A stretch of DNA of 53,703 nt. It comes from an uncultured Clostridia bacterium (GTDB lineage Bacteria; Bacillota; Clostridia; Oscillospirales; CAG-272). A program made the translations under genes and the position numbers. The notes beneath the pieces were generated by a model. The model saw only the letters and a program-made list of their open reading frames with translations. It did not search any database and was not told where the DNA came from. Each line of letters begins with the position of its first letter. Positions within the stretch are counted from its first letter, which is position 1. Positions 16,616 through 25,195 of this stretch are shown one piece after another. Location: assembly GCA_947625265.1 (NCBI GenBank), contig CANQNM010000002.1:1-53703 (forward strand), given 5' to 3'.

Positions 16616-18154
16616 TCACCGTTTTTTTGTTTTCTTGGACGTTTTTCTGTTGACCGCCGTTTTCGGTCGGGGTTTTATCTGTTCTTTTCCCTGATTTTTT
16701 ACAACAGAAGCCGGAGATACTTTCTTTGAAGTGTGTCCGGTGTTTTGAATGTCCTCGCCGTCCGATTCCTTTCCTTTCTGTTCATCGGGGCGTTGCTCCA
16801 TTTCTGTGGTTTGTAATGTCCCGACGTTTTTCTCTTCCGTCGGCAAAACCGCTTGATCTTCTGGATGTGCGCAGGAAAAACTGTCGCTTGGTGTTGATGC
16901 TCCTTCATTGGACGTTTTGACATTTTCGCAATCGAATAATGGCTGCGTCCCATTTTTACGCCCTTGCTTTTGTTTGCGGGTCAGAAGTTTTTGAAGTCCG
17001 GACGGTTTCCTCGCCGGCTTTTTCGGTCGGAAGGATTCGGTGTAGTAGGCGGTGTCCGTGGGGAGGTTCTTTTTTACCAACCGTTTTTCCGCATGTTCTT
17101 TGATCAGAATGTAGATGACCGAGAAAGTGGGGACGCCTAAAATCATTCCGGGCAGTCCGAAGATTCCTCCCATCACTGTCATACCCACCAACACCCACAG
17201 CGTATCCATTTTCATGTTGGTGCTTTGCAAAATCGGCACCAGAACATTGCCGTCCAACTGCTGAATCACCAAAACGATCAGGATGAAGGGGAGAAGTTTG
17301 TCGGGCTGTGCGAGAAGTATGACGATGCCGTTGGGTACGGCGCCAATGAAGGGGCCGAAATAGGGAATGATGTTGGTGACGCCTGAAATGAGCGCCAGCA
17401 TAGGGAAAAACGGCAGATCGAAAATCATGTAGACAATATAGGATACCACGCCCACAAGAAAGGAGTCAAAAATCTGAACCCGGAGATATCGGCCGATTTT
17501 TTCATCTGCCAGGTATGCGATGCGGTAGATCTCCTTTACAGTTGCCTCGGAACAGAAGGCGGTGAGCAATTTTCTCATACGTGCCAATTGCTTGTCCTTG
17601 GAAAGCAGAACATAGACGGTGAAAATTACCGACAGAACCGCATCCACGACGACAGAGATGACCGAAGCGCCCATAGCAAAGAGTTTAGAGAGATTGTCCG
17701 TGGAAAACAGACCCACAAGGAATGTGGCGGCTTTGTTCAAAAGTTGATTGAAGACGGTGTTGTTTTCATCTACGCCCAAAAATTCCTTGATGCTTTCGTA
17801 AATATTTGCCATCAGTTCATTGCGCGAGAAAAACTCCTCAAGATATCCGTCCAAATTGTTTCTGAAAGATTCAAAGGCCGTGATATAACCGGGAAGTCCC
17901 TCTTTCAGGCGGTTATAACTGTCGATGATCTGTGGGATAAATATGGAAACCGTGGCCGCAATCAGCGCAAGCAACACCAGGGCTGTGCAGATTAAAGAAA
18001 GAATCCGGCGCAGATTCTGTACTCCTCTTTTTTTGCTTTTGAAGCGAAAAACTTTTTTCTCAAAAAAATTCAGGATGGGGCTGAGCAGGTATGCCAGCGC
18101 GATTCCGTAGATGATCGGCGAGAGAATTTCAAATATTTTGCGAATGATTGCCAT
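16616..18154 (-). CDS. AI-2E family transporter (PerM/UPF0118) with a long low-complexity C-terminal tail
   Basis: About 8 TM helices and a conserved ...IPYFGPFIGAVP... segment. Likely start MAIIRK at 18154 (the ORF is open to 18256). The last ~165 aa are K/P/T/E-rich. Confidence 0.8.
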   Translation of the reverse strand: MAIIRKIFEILSPIIYGIALAYLLSPILNFFEKKVFRFKSKKRGVQNLRRILSLICTALVLLALIAATVSIFIPQIIDSYNRLKEGLPGYITAFESFRNNLDGYLEEFFSRNELMANIYESIKEFLGVDENNTVFNQLLNKAATFLVGLFSTDNLSKLFAMGASVISVVVDAVLSVIFTVYVLLSKDKQLARMRKLLTAFCSEATVKEIYRIAYLADEKIGRYLRVQIFDSFLVGVVSYIVYMIFDLPFFPMLALISGVTNIIPYFGPFIGAVPNGIVILLAQPDKLLPFILIVLVIQQLDGNVLVPILQSTNMKMDTLWVLVGMTVMGGIFGLPGMILGVPTFSVIYILIKEHAEKRLVKKNLPTDTAYYTESFRPKKPARKPSGLQKLLTRKQKQGRKNGTQPLFDCENVKTSNEGASTPSDSFSCAHPEDQAVLPTEEKNVGTLQTTEMEQRPDEQKGKESDGEDIQNTGHTSKKVSPASVVKNQGKEQIKPRPKTAVNRKTSKKTKKR

Positions 18155-18538
18155 TTTCAAGCTGTTCCTTCCCGTATAATACCGTCCGCGAAGCCTGAAC
18201 TGGGGACGAAACCGTTTTGTGTGATTCTGCGAAAGGCGCCGGACCGTCAAAGGCAATGCGCGCTCTTTCTCTTTTTCCGTCTTTCAATTTTGGCGTTGCT
18301 CAGAACGTGTGCCCGGGGGCGTGCCGCGCAAAACGCGCTGCATGAAGTACCCTCCCCGACTGTATGTCCAAGGGAATTATACAATAAAAATTCCGGTTCG
18401 TCAATGACTCCCTTGAAAAAAAACGGGACACGTGTTATAATCTATTTGAAAAACCGTCAAATCATGGTATATGCACAGAAGCGCGCCGTCTCTGCGTGCT
18501 TTAAAACCTGAAATTTGAGGAATGGGAGGAGGGATCGG

Positions 18539-19714
18539 ATGCTTGAGAAAAACGTCCCGGTTTACATCGCGAAATGTGAGGGTTACGACGATTGCGGCGC
18601 GCTGGAGACACTGCTTGACGATGCGGTGGAACGCACGTGTAAAACAGAGATGTTTCAAGGTAAAAATGTGGTGATCAAGCCCAACCTTGTGCGAAAAATG
18701 GATCCCGAAAAGGGAGGAACTACCCATCCCGTGATGCTCCGAGCGCTGATCAGTGTTCTGAAAAAAAGGGGCGTGGGGAAAATTCTGATTGCCGAAAGCC
18801 CGGGAGGACTGTATAACGCCGCCGCGCTCAAACAGGTATACGAGGGCTGCGGGATCGCAAAAGTTGCGGCAGACACGGGAGCGGAATTGAATTTCCGGTG
18901 CGAATACGGCGATGTGAAGGCCCCCGCGGGGAAAAAAAGCAAAATGTTTGAGATCATTGATCCCGTGAGAAACGCCGAGGTTCTCATCAACCTCTGTAAA
19001 ATGAAATCTCACGGCATGCTGACTCAGAGTTGCGCTGCCAAAAATTTTTTCGGCGTCATTCCCGGGGTGAAGAAGTTTGAAATGCATGCCAGGTTTCCCG
19101 ATTCTACGGATTTTGCGGGAATGCTTTGCGATTTAAATGAAGTTCTGTATGAAAGGGCAAAAATTCTCAACATATGCGACGGAATTGTGGCAATGGAGGG
19201 AAACGGCCCCACCAACGGTGTGCCCAAAAGAGCAAAGGTGGTTTTGGTTTCACAGAACTCCTTCTGTCTGGATCTTGCTGCGGCGAAGATCATGAATATC
19301 GGAACGGTTCCTGAACTTCTGAGAGAGGGGATTTTGCGGGGATACTGTCCCGGAGAATATGGGGAACTGAATTTTATAAAAGAAAGCCCTGAACACTTTG
19401 TTGTGACGGATTTTGCGCTTCCGGATTCTTCAAAGTCCGGCGCCCTTAAAAAAATATTGACGCTCAATGGCGGGAGATACGCCAGGTTTTTGGAACCTAG
19501 ACCGAAAATTGATGAAAAAAAGTGCAGGGGATGCGGGGAGTGCGTGCGCAGCTGCCCTGCGCACACCATTTCGTTTAGAAGAAGTCGGAAGAAGAATGTC
19601 GCGTACATTGAAAAGGAAAACTGTATCAGGTGTTATTGCTGTCAGGAACTCTGTCCTTTTGACAGCGTGCGAATCCGTACGAATCCTTTGATCAGGATGG
19701 TGAACAAATTATGA
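18539..19714 (+). CDS. DUF362 domain protein with C-terminal 2x[4Fe-4S] ferredoxin domain
   Basis: CRGCGECVRSCP and CIRCYCCQELCP cysteine motifs. GGGAGGAGGG RBS before ATG 18539. Confidence 0.8.
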   Translation: MLEKNVPVYIAKCEGYDDCGALETLLDDAVERTCKTEMFQGKNVVIKPNLVRKMDPEKGGTTHPVMLRALISVLKKRGVGKILIAESPGGLYNAAALKQVYEGCGIAKVAADTGAELNFRCEYGDVKAPAGKKSKMFEIIDPVRNAEVLINLCKMKSHGMLTQSCAAKNFFGVIPGVKKFEMHARFPDSTDFAGMLCDLNEVLYERAKILNICDGIVAMEGNGPTNGVPKRAKVVLVSQNSFCLDLAAAKIMNIGTVPELLREGILRGYCPGEYGELNFIKESPEHFVVTDFALPDSSKSGALKKILTLNGGRYARFLEPRPKIDEKKCRGCGECVRSCPAHTISFRRSRKKNVAYIEKENCIRCYCCQELCPFDSVRIRTNPLIRMVNKL

Positions 19715-20613
19715 AACATGAAGGCGTTGGGATTGTCGTAAACGCTCCGGCAAAAATCAACCTTTTTCTGGAAGTCACCGGACGCCGGGAGGACGGATAC
19801 CATGAAATCGATACGGTGATGCAGACAGTGGATCTGTGCGATAAACTCACCGTATTCTTTGATCCCGCAAAGGAAGGCGTTTTCCTCACCTGCGGAAAAA
19901 AGTATGTTCCCACGGACAGTGGAAATATTGCCTACCGGTGCGCCGCCCTTTTTTTGGAGCGAACCGGGAAGAGAGGGGCCGTACGAATTCACCTGGAGAA
20001 GCGTATTCCGGTGGCGGCGGGTTTGGGCGGAGGAAGCGCGGACGGTGCGGCGGTGTTGAAAGCCTTGAACATGCTTACCCACTGTGATCTTTCAACCGAA
20101 GAACTCTGCGCCCTTGGAAAAGAACTGGGCGCCGATATTCCCTTCTGCGTCAGGGGAGGCTGTGCCAGAGCCACAGGTATCGGCGAGCGCTTTTCAAAGG
20201 CCGAGACGCTTCGGGGTGTTATTCCTGTGGTGGCAATCGGGAGCAAAGGCTCTTCCACACCGGCCGCCTACAAGGCTCTTGACGACATGGGATACACGGG
20301 TGAAAAAAATGCATGCAGGATGTTGGATGCCCTCGAAAAGAGAGATTCGCTCGGTGTTTGCACGGAACTTTACAATGCTTTTGAGACGGTGATCCTTCCG
20401 CAGAATGAGGAGGCGCGCAGATTGAAGGAGCGCTTTTTACAACTCGGTGCCGACGCCGCCATGCTGAGCGGGAGCGGTGCGTCGGTTTTCGGACTTTTTA
20501 CGGATTTAAAAAAGGCGCGCAGCGTTTGCGGACAACTGCGCAGGGAGCAGTATTTTGCGGCAGTTGCCCCGGTTGTCGGAAGGGAGACAGGGAACAATGG
20601 GCACGATGCTTGA
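19711..20613 (+). CDS. ispE: 4-diphosphocytidyl-2-C-methyl-D-erythritol kinase
   Basis: APAKINLFLEVTGRREDGYHE and GHMP-kinase motif PVAAGLGGGSADGAA. ATGA overlap with the upstream gene. Confidence 0.9.
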   Translation: MKHEGVGIVVNAPAKINLFLEVTGRREDGYHEIDTVMQTVDLCDKLTVFFDPAKEGVFLTCGKKYVPTDSGNIAYRCAALFLERTGKRGAVRIHLEKRIPVAAGLGGGSADGAAVLKALNMLTHCDLSTEELCALGKELGADIPFCVRGGCARATGIGERFSKAETLRGVIPVVAIGSKGSSTPAAYKALDDMGYTGEKNACRMLDALEKRDSLGVCTELYNAFETVILPQNEEARRLKERFLQLGADAAMLSGSGASVFGLFTDLKKARSVCGQLRREQYFAAVAPVVGRETGNNGHDA

Positions 20614-21829
20614 ATATTTGGACTGGAGGGGGGATCTGAAATTTGAAAAGGACCCCTTCAACGATGTGGACAATCAGCTTTGCGCGCAGCTTTCTTTCAT
20701 CGGGTATAAGGGACTGGTTTCCGAAAAACCCGGCGAGGAGGTGGACATGGCCGAAGCAATCGCTGCGTTTTTTGATATTCATAGGGGAAAGGAACTGTCT
20801 TTGGGGGTAATCATTCCTTCGGCAATTTTTGAAATGGCACGAAAGATGGCTGTCGCGCCTCGGTTCGGAGAAACGCGCCTTACGGCGTATAGAAACGAAA
20901 TCAACGAGGACGCTCAGAACAGCAGCAATCAACTCCAGTGGGCGGCTCTGACAATGCTTTTTGAGGATGAAACCATGTACATTTCCTTCAGCGGAACCGA
21001 CGACACGCTGGTCAGTTGGAAAGAGGACATGAATATGGCGGTTTTTCCGGAGGTTCCGTCGCAGAAGGAGGCCGCTGAGTATGTAAATGCCGTCATGGCC
21101 GCGTACCCCAACCGGAAAGCGCGCATCGGCGGACACAGCAAGGGAGGAAATCTCGCGCTCTTCGCGGCGGCGAAATGCAAAGAGGAGTTTCAGGACCGGA
21201 TCACTGTGGTATACGACAACGATGGACCGGGGTTCAGTGAAGAGTTTTTGAGGGACAAGGGATACTTGCGCATCAAAGGCAGAGTGCGCAATATTGTGCC
21301 GGAGGAATCCTTTGTGGGATTGCTGCTCTGTCACGATTTGCCTCAGATTGTGGTGAAGAGCAGCGGAAAAAACATCTTTCAACACGACAGTTTTTCGTGG
21401 ATCGTGACAAGAAACCGTTTCGAACTTGCAGACTGCATTGCGGACGAGGCGCTGCTTGTGGAAAAGACGGTGAAGAATTGGCTTTCGGAAATGAGCATTG
21501 AACAGAAAAATGACTTTTTTGATGCTCTGTACCGGATTCTTACTTCCTCCGACGCAAAAACACTTACAGAACTGATTGGTGAAAAGCGGGAACTTCTGAA
21601 GGCATACAGACTGTTGAATCCAGAGAATCGCGCAGTGGTGAAGGAAACACTCAAAAAACTTCTGGGAGAGGGAAGAAAAGTGTATACCGAGGTGCTTCCC
21701 GCTGTTCTTGAAGAAAAAATGAACGAAAACAAAGAAAAAAAGGCGCAGACAAAGAAATATGTGACGTGTGTGTACGGTTCTTCACTTTATGACAGAAAGA
21801 AAACAATCAAAATAAAAAGAAAACGGTGA
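20597..21829 (+). CDS. DUF2974 (Mbeg1-like) alpha/beta-hydrolase-fold protein
   Basis: N-terminus MLEYLDWRGDL..F and nucleophile-elbow-like GHSKGGNLA. Start ATG 20597 has a GGGAGA RBS. Confidence 0.75.
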   Translation: MGTMLEYLDWRGDLKFEKDPFNDVDNQLCAQLSFIGYKGLVSEKPGEEVDMAEAIAAFFDIHRGKELSLGVIIPSAIFEMARKMAVAPRFGETRLTAYRNEINEDAQNSSNQLQWAALTMLFEDETMYISFSGTDDTLVSWKEDMNMAVFPEVPSQKEAAEYVNAVMAAYPNRKARIGGHSKGGNLALFAAAKCKEEFQDRITVVYDNDGPGFSEEFLRDKGYLRIKGRVRNIVPEESFVGLLLCHDLPQIVVKSSGKNIFQHDSFSWIVTRNRFELADCIADEALLVEKTVKNWLSEMSIEQKNDFFDALYRILTSSDAKTLTELIGEKRELLKAYRLLNPENRAVVKETLKKLLGEGRKVYTEVLPAVLEEKMNENKEKKAQTKKYVTCVYGSSLYDRKKTIKIKRKR

Positions 21830-22001
21830 AACCGACGGCCGAACGCTCTCGGGAAGGGTGCCCGTTGACGTTGTTGACGTTTGTGAATTGCCCCACATGT
21901 GGGGGATACGGGCCAAAATTGCGGCGGGGTGCCTTTGGGAAAGTTCGTGCAGTGTGATGTTTTCGGGAAAGTTCACGCGATGGAACATTTTCGCAGGGAC
22001 G

Positions 22002-22114
22002 TCCCAGCGAGAAGCATTCCCAGCGAGAAGCATTCCCAGCGAGAAGCATTCCCAGCGAGAAGCATTCCCAGCGAGAAGTGTTTCCGGCGAGAAGTATTCC
22101 CGGGCAAGAAGCAT
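22002..22114. repeat. 16-bp tandem array (7 units, 4 perfect: TCCCAGCGAGAAGCAT)
   Basis: Units start at 22002, 22018, 22034, 22050, 22066, 22082 and 22098. The period is not a multiple of 3. Intergenic, upstream of the response regulator. Confidence 0.9.
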
Positions 22115-22272
22115 GCCCGCAGGAAAGTCCGGTTGAAAAACAGGGAAAAGTCTGAAAAAACGCGTTTCTTTGGAAGATTCCGGTACCGTTCATGCAGGAA
22201 CAGCATGAATTTCAGAACCGCCGGAAACTGTGCGGCGCAGCGGCAATTCAGAAAGGAATGGTCATAAAAGCT

Positions 22273-22947
22273 ATGATAAAAATTCTGCTGGTTGAAGACG
22301 ACAGAAGTATTGTTTCAAAACTGACCGAGTTTCTTACAGGCGAAGGGTATGACGTTCAAAGCGCCCAGGGGCAGACCGAGGCACTGCACCTGATGGAGGA
22401 TCAACCGTTTTCTTTGGTTCTTTTGGATGTGTCTCTTGCTGAGGGAAACGGTTTTGCCGTTTGTAAGGCCATCAAGACCAACTACGGCATTCCGGTGATA
22501 TTTTTGACTGCTTCGGGGGATGAATACAGCACGGTCACCGGATTTGAGTTGGGTGCAGATGACTATATTGCCAAGCCATTCAGGCCCAGAGAACTGGCCA
22601 TGAGGATCAAAAACATCCTGCGGCTGACGGGAAACGCGGAAACAACGGTGCGGCTGGGCGAGGTTACTGTGGATACCGTCAGAGGTACGGCCAGCAAAAA
22701 CGGCATGGATTTATATTTGTCGGCGTTGGAATACAGACTGCTCTTGGTTTTTTTAAACAATCGGGGAACTGTGCTTTCAAGAACCAGACTTCTTGAAACG
22801 ATCTGGGACATCGCGGGAGAGTTTGTCAACGATAACACGTTGACGGTGTATATCAAGAGACTCCGTGAAAAAATTGAGAACGACCCGCAGAATCCGTCCA
22901 TTATCAAGACTGTCAGGGGATTGGGGTATAAGGTGGACGCGCCGTGA
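22273..22947 (+). CDS. OmpR-family response regulator
   Basis: Receiver domain MIKILLVEDD...LLDVSL and a winged-helix C-terminus ...IKTVRGLGYKV. The start could also be 22258. Confidence 0.88.
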   Translation: MIKILLVEDDRSIVSKLTEFLTGEGYDVQSAQGQTEALHLMEDQPFSLVLLDVSLAEGNGFAVCKAIKTNYGIPVIFLTASGDEYSTVTGFELGADDYIAKPFRPRELAMRIKNILRLTGNAETTVRLGEVTVDTVRGTASKNGMDLYLSALEYRLLLVFLNNRGTVLSRTRLLETIWDIAGEFVNDNTLTVYIKRLREKIENDPQNPSIIKTVRGLGYKVDAP

Positions 22948-23945
22948 AATATCTAAGAAATCCGGAATTGCGCAGAACGCTTTTGCCTCTTGCTCTTCTG
23001 TTGGCTGTTGCCACGGCGGCGGCCGGACTGTGGAATCCTCTGTTCGGGCTCTTTACCTTCGTTCTTTGCGCTCTTTTCCTTTCGGTATACCTCGCCTCTA
23101 CATGTCGGCGCTATAAACGCATTGCCGATCTTGCCTCCGGCATCGACCGGATTTTGCACGGAAACAGCGGAATTTTGCTTGAGGACTGCGCTGAAGGGGA
23201 GTTGGGCATTTTGCAAAGCGAAATTTCCAAAATGACTGTTCGATTGCGGGAGCAGCAGCAGCGTCTTCAGGAGGACAAGGTGTATCTTGCAAATTCCATC
23301 GCCGACATTTCCCATCAAATCCGCACGCCGCTCACGTCCATCAACCTGATTTTGCAGTTTTTGTCTGAGCCGGATATACCAAAAGAACGGCGAAGGGTAC
23401 TCATTTGCGAACTGTACGAACTTCTGTCCCGTATAGACTGGCTGATCACCACTCTTTTGAAAATTTCCAAACTGGACGCAGGAACCGTGAAATTCAAAAG
23501 GGAAGAGATATCGCTTGAAAAATTGATTTCCGGAGCGACCGCGCCCCTGCTTGTGCCCATGGAACTGCGGGAACAGACGCTTGCCGTTCACGCCGAGGGA
23601 GAACTGATTTGCGACGGCGCGTGGACCTGCGAAGCGCTCACCAATATTGTAAAAAACTGCATGGAGCACACGCCCAGAGGAGGAGACATCAGGATCGACG
23701 CCTGTGAAAATGCCCTGTATAGTGAGATTGTCGTTTCCGATAGCGGGAAGGGTATTGACAAAACCGATTTGCCGCACATTTTCGAACGTTTTTATAAGGG
23801 AAAGAATTCGGACGAAAAGAGTTTTGGAATCGGTCTTGCCCTGACGCGCATGATCGTTGTCGGCCAAAACGGCACGATCAAGGCGGAGAATTCTAAAACT
23901 GGGGGTGCGCTTTTTACCCTTCGGTTTTACAAGGGCGCGGTGTAA
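22944..23945 (+). CDS. Sensor histidine kinase, intramembrane-sensing (BceS-like) architecture
   Basis: 333 aa. Two N-terminal TM helices with almost no extracytoplasmic loop, H-box ISHQIRTPLTSI, HATPase G-boxes. GTGA overlap with the RR gene. Confidence 0.88.
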   Translation: MKYLRNPELRRTLLPLALLLAVATAAAGLWNPLFGLFTFVLCALFLSVYLASTCRRYKRIADLASGIDRILHGNSGILLEDCAEGELGILQSEISKMTVRLREQQQRLQEDKVYLANSIADISHQIRTPLTSINLILQFLSEPDIPKERRRVLICELYELLSRIDWLITTLLKISKLDAGTVKFKREEISLEKLISGATAPLLVPMELREQTLAVHAEGELICDGAWTCEALTNIVKNCMEHTPRGGDIRIDACENALYSEIVVSDSGKGIDKTDLPHIFERFYKGKNSDEKSFGIGLALTRMIVVGQNGTIKAENSKTGGALFTLRFYKGAV

Positions 23946-24095
23946 GGGAAAAATGCTCTCTTTTTGTTTCAAGGAGTTCCGCCGTGTATCCGGACGGCGC
24001 GGCGTCACGGAGCGTACGCTGTCAACCGGGACGCTGCCGCAAATATAAGGGAGCGGTAACTATGGGAAAATCTCAGGAATATTTTCGTTGGTTTC

Positions 24096-24331
24096 AGGGA
24101 GCGGGGGGAGCGCGGACAGCGCCCCCCTGTTTTTGGTGACATTTTTGTTATCGTAAAGTCACCGCGATGTCATTCTGACGTCGTAGAATGTGGACGCAGA
24201 ACAAAAAAGGTTCACTGAACAGGAAAGTTTACCAAACAGGAAGGTAAGCCGGACAGGAGGTAAGCCGAACAGGAATGTCAGTCGGACAGAGAGGCCGGCC
24301 GGACAAAAAAACAATCGGATGGAGAGGTTGG
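24096..24331 (+). repeat. Dispersed repeat family R3, copy B, with a 7-unit 16-17-nt array (24218..24331)
   Basis: Aligns to 5601..5764. The array units are aacaggaaagtttacc / aaacaggaaggtaagcc / ggacaggaggtaagcc / gaacaggaatgtcagtc / ggacagagaggccggcc / ggacaaaaaaacaatc / ggatggagaggttgg. Confidence 0.85.
24098..24134 (+). terminator. Intrinsic terminator after the two-component genes
   Basis: GGGGGG...CCCCCC hairpin with an inner CGC/GCG pairing, followed by TGTTTTT. Confidence 0.65.
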
Positions 24332-24511
24332 TATGTCCTTGGTTTCTTGTCTGTATATCTGTATATGCTGACAGAAAGGTATCAAACGCCTAAAGAAACG
24401 GCGTTTTCCAAATGGAAATTTTGCGTTTGCAGGTCGTTGCGTGTTCGAAAATGCACATTTTATGAAAGGAGAAAGGGAACCTTTTCACACAAAGGTATTG
24501 TACGGTTATTT

Positions 24512-25195
24512 ATGGAAATACTAAAGGTTGAAAATCTCTGCAAAGTTTACGGTAGAGGGGAAAATCAGGTGAAGGCGTTGGATCACGTGTCCTTCAGCGT
24601 TCAAAAAGGGGAATTTGTTGCCATTATCGGTCCTTCGGGATCCGGAAAATCCACGCTGCTTCACATTCTGGGCGGCGTGGACAGGCCTACCGGAGGGAAA
24701 GTGTTTGTGGACGGCAGCGACGTGTACGCGCGCGGCGACGAACAGTTGGCGATTTTTCGGCGGCGGCAGGTGGGACTGATTTATCAGTTCTACAATTTGA
24801 TTCCGGTGCTTGATGTGGTGGAGAACATCACCCTGCCGGTGCTTATGGACGGGCGCAAAGTCAATGAGGAGCGTTTGCGTGAACTTTTGGAGACGCTGAA
24901 ACTCACTGGCAGGGAACACCATCTGCCCAACCAACTCTCAGGCGGACAGCAGCAGCGGGTATCCATCGGCAGAGCACTGATGAACGCGCCCGCGATTGTT
25001 CTAGCAGATGAACCCACCGGGAACCTGGACAGCAAAAACAGCAAAGAGATTGTGGATCTTCTGGAACTTTCCAACAGGAAATACCGACAGACGCTGATCG
25101 TCATCACCCATGACGAAAACATTGCCCTCCAGGCTGACAGAATTCTTGCCATCGAAGACGGCAGGATTATCCGGGACGAGGTGATGCGCAAGTGA
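24512..25195 (+). CDS. ABC transporter ATP-binding protein (MacB/BceA-like)
   Basis: Walker A GPSGSGKST, signature LSGGQQQRV, Walker B IVLADEPT. Start MEILKVENL at 24512 (the ORF is open from 24275). Confidence 0.9.
   Translation: MEILKVENLCKVYGRGENQVKALDHVSFSVQKGEFVAIIGPSGSGKSTLLHILGGVDRPTGGKVFVDGSDVYARGDEQLAIFRRRQVGLIYQFYNLIPVLDVVENITLPVLMDGRKVNEERLRELLETLKLTGREHHLPNQLSGGQQQRVSIGRALMNAPAIVLADEPTGNLDSKNSKEIVDLLELSNRKYRQTLIVITHDENIALQADRILAIEDGRIIRDEVMRK

Noticed and set aside
22002-22114. Possible CRISPR array, also considered for the other tandem arrays.
   Set aside because: The units are directly abutting and only 12-18 bp long, with no unique spacers. There are no cas genes in the window.
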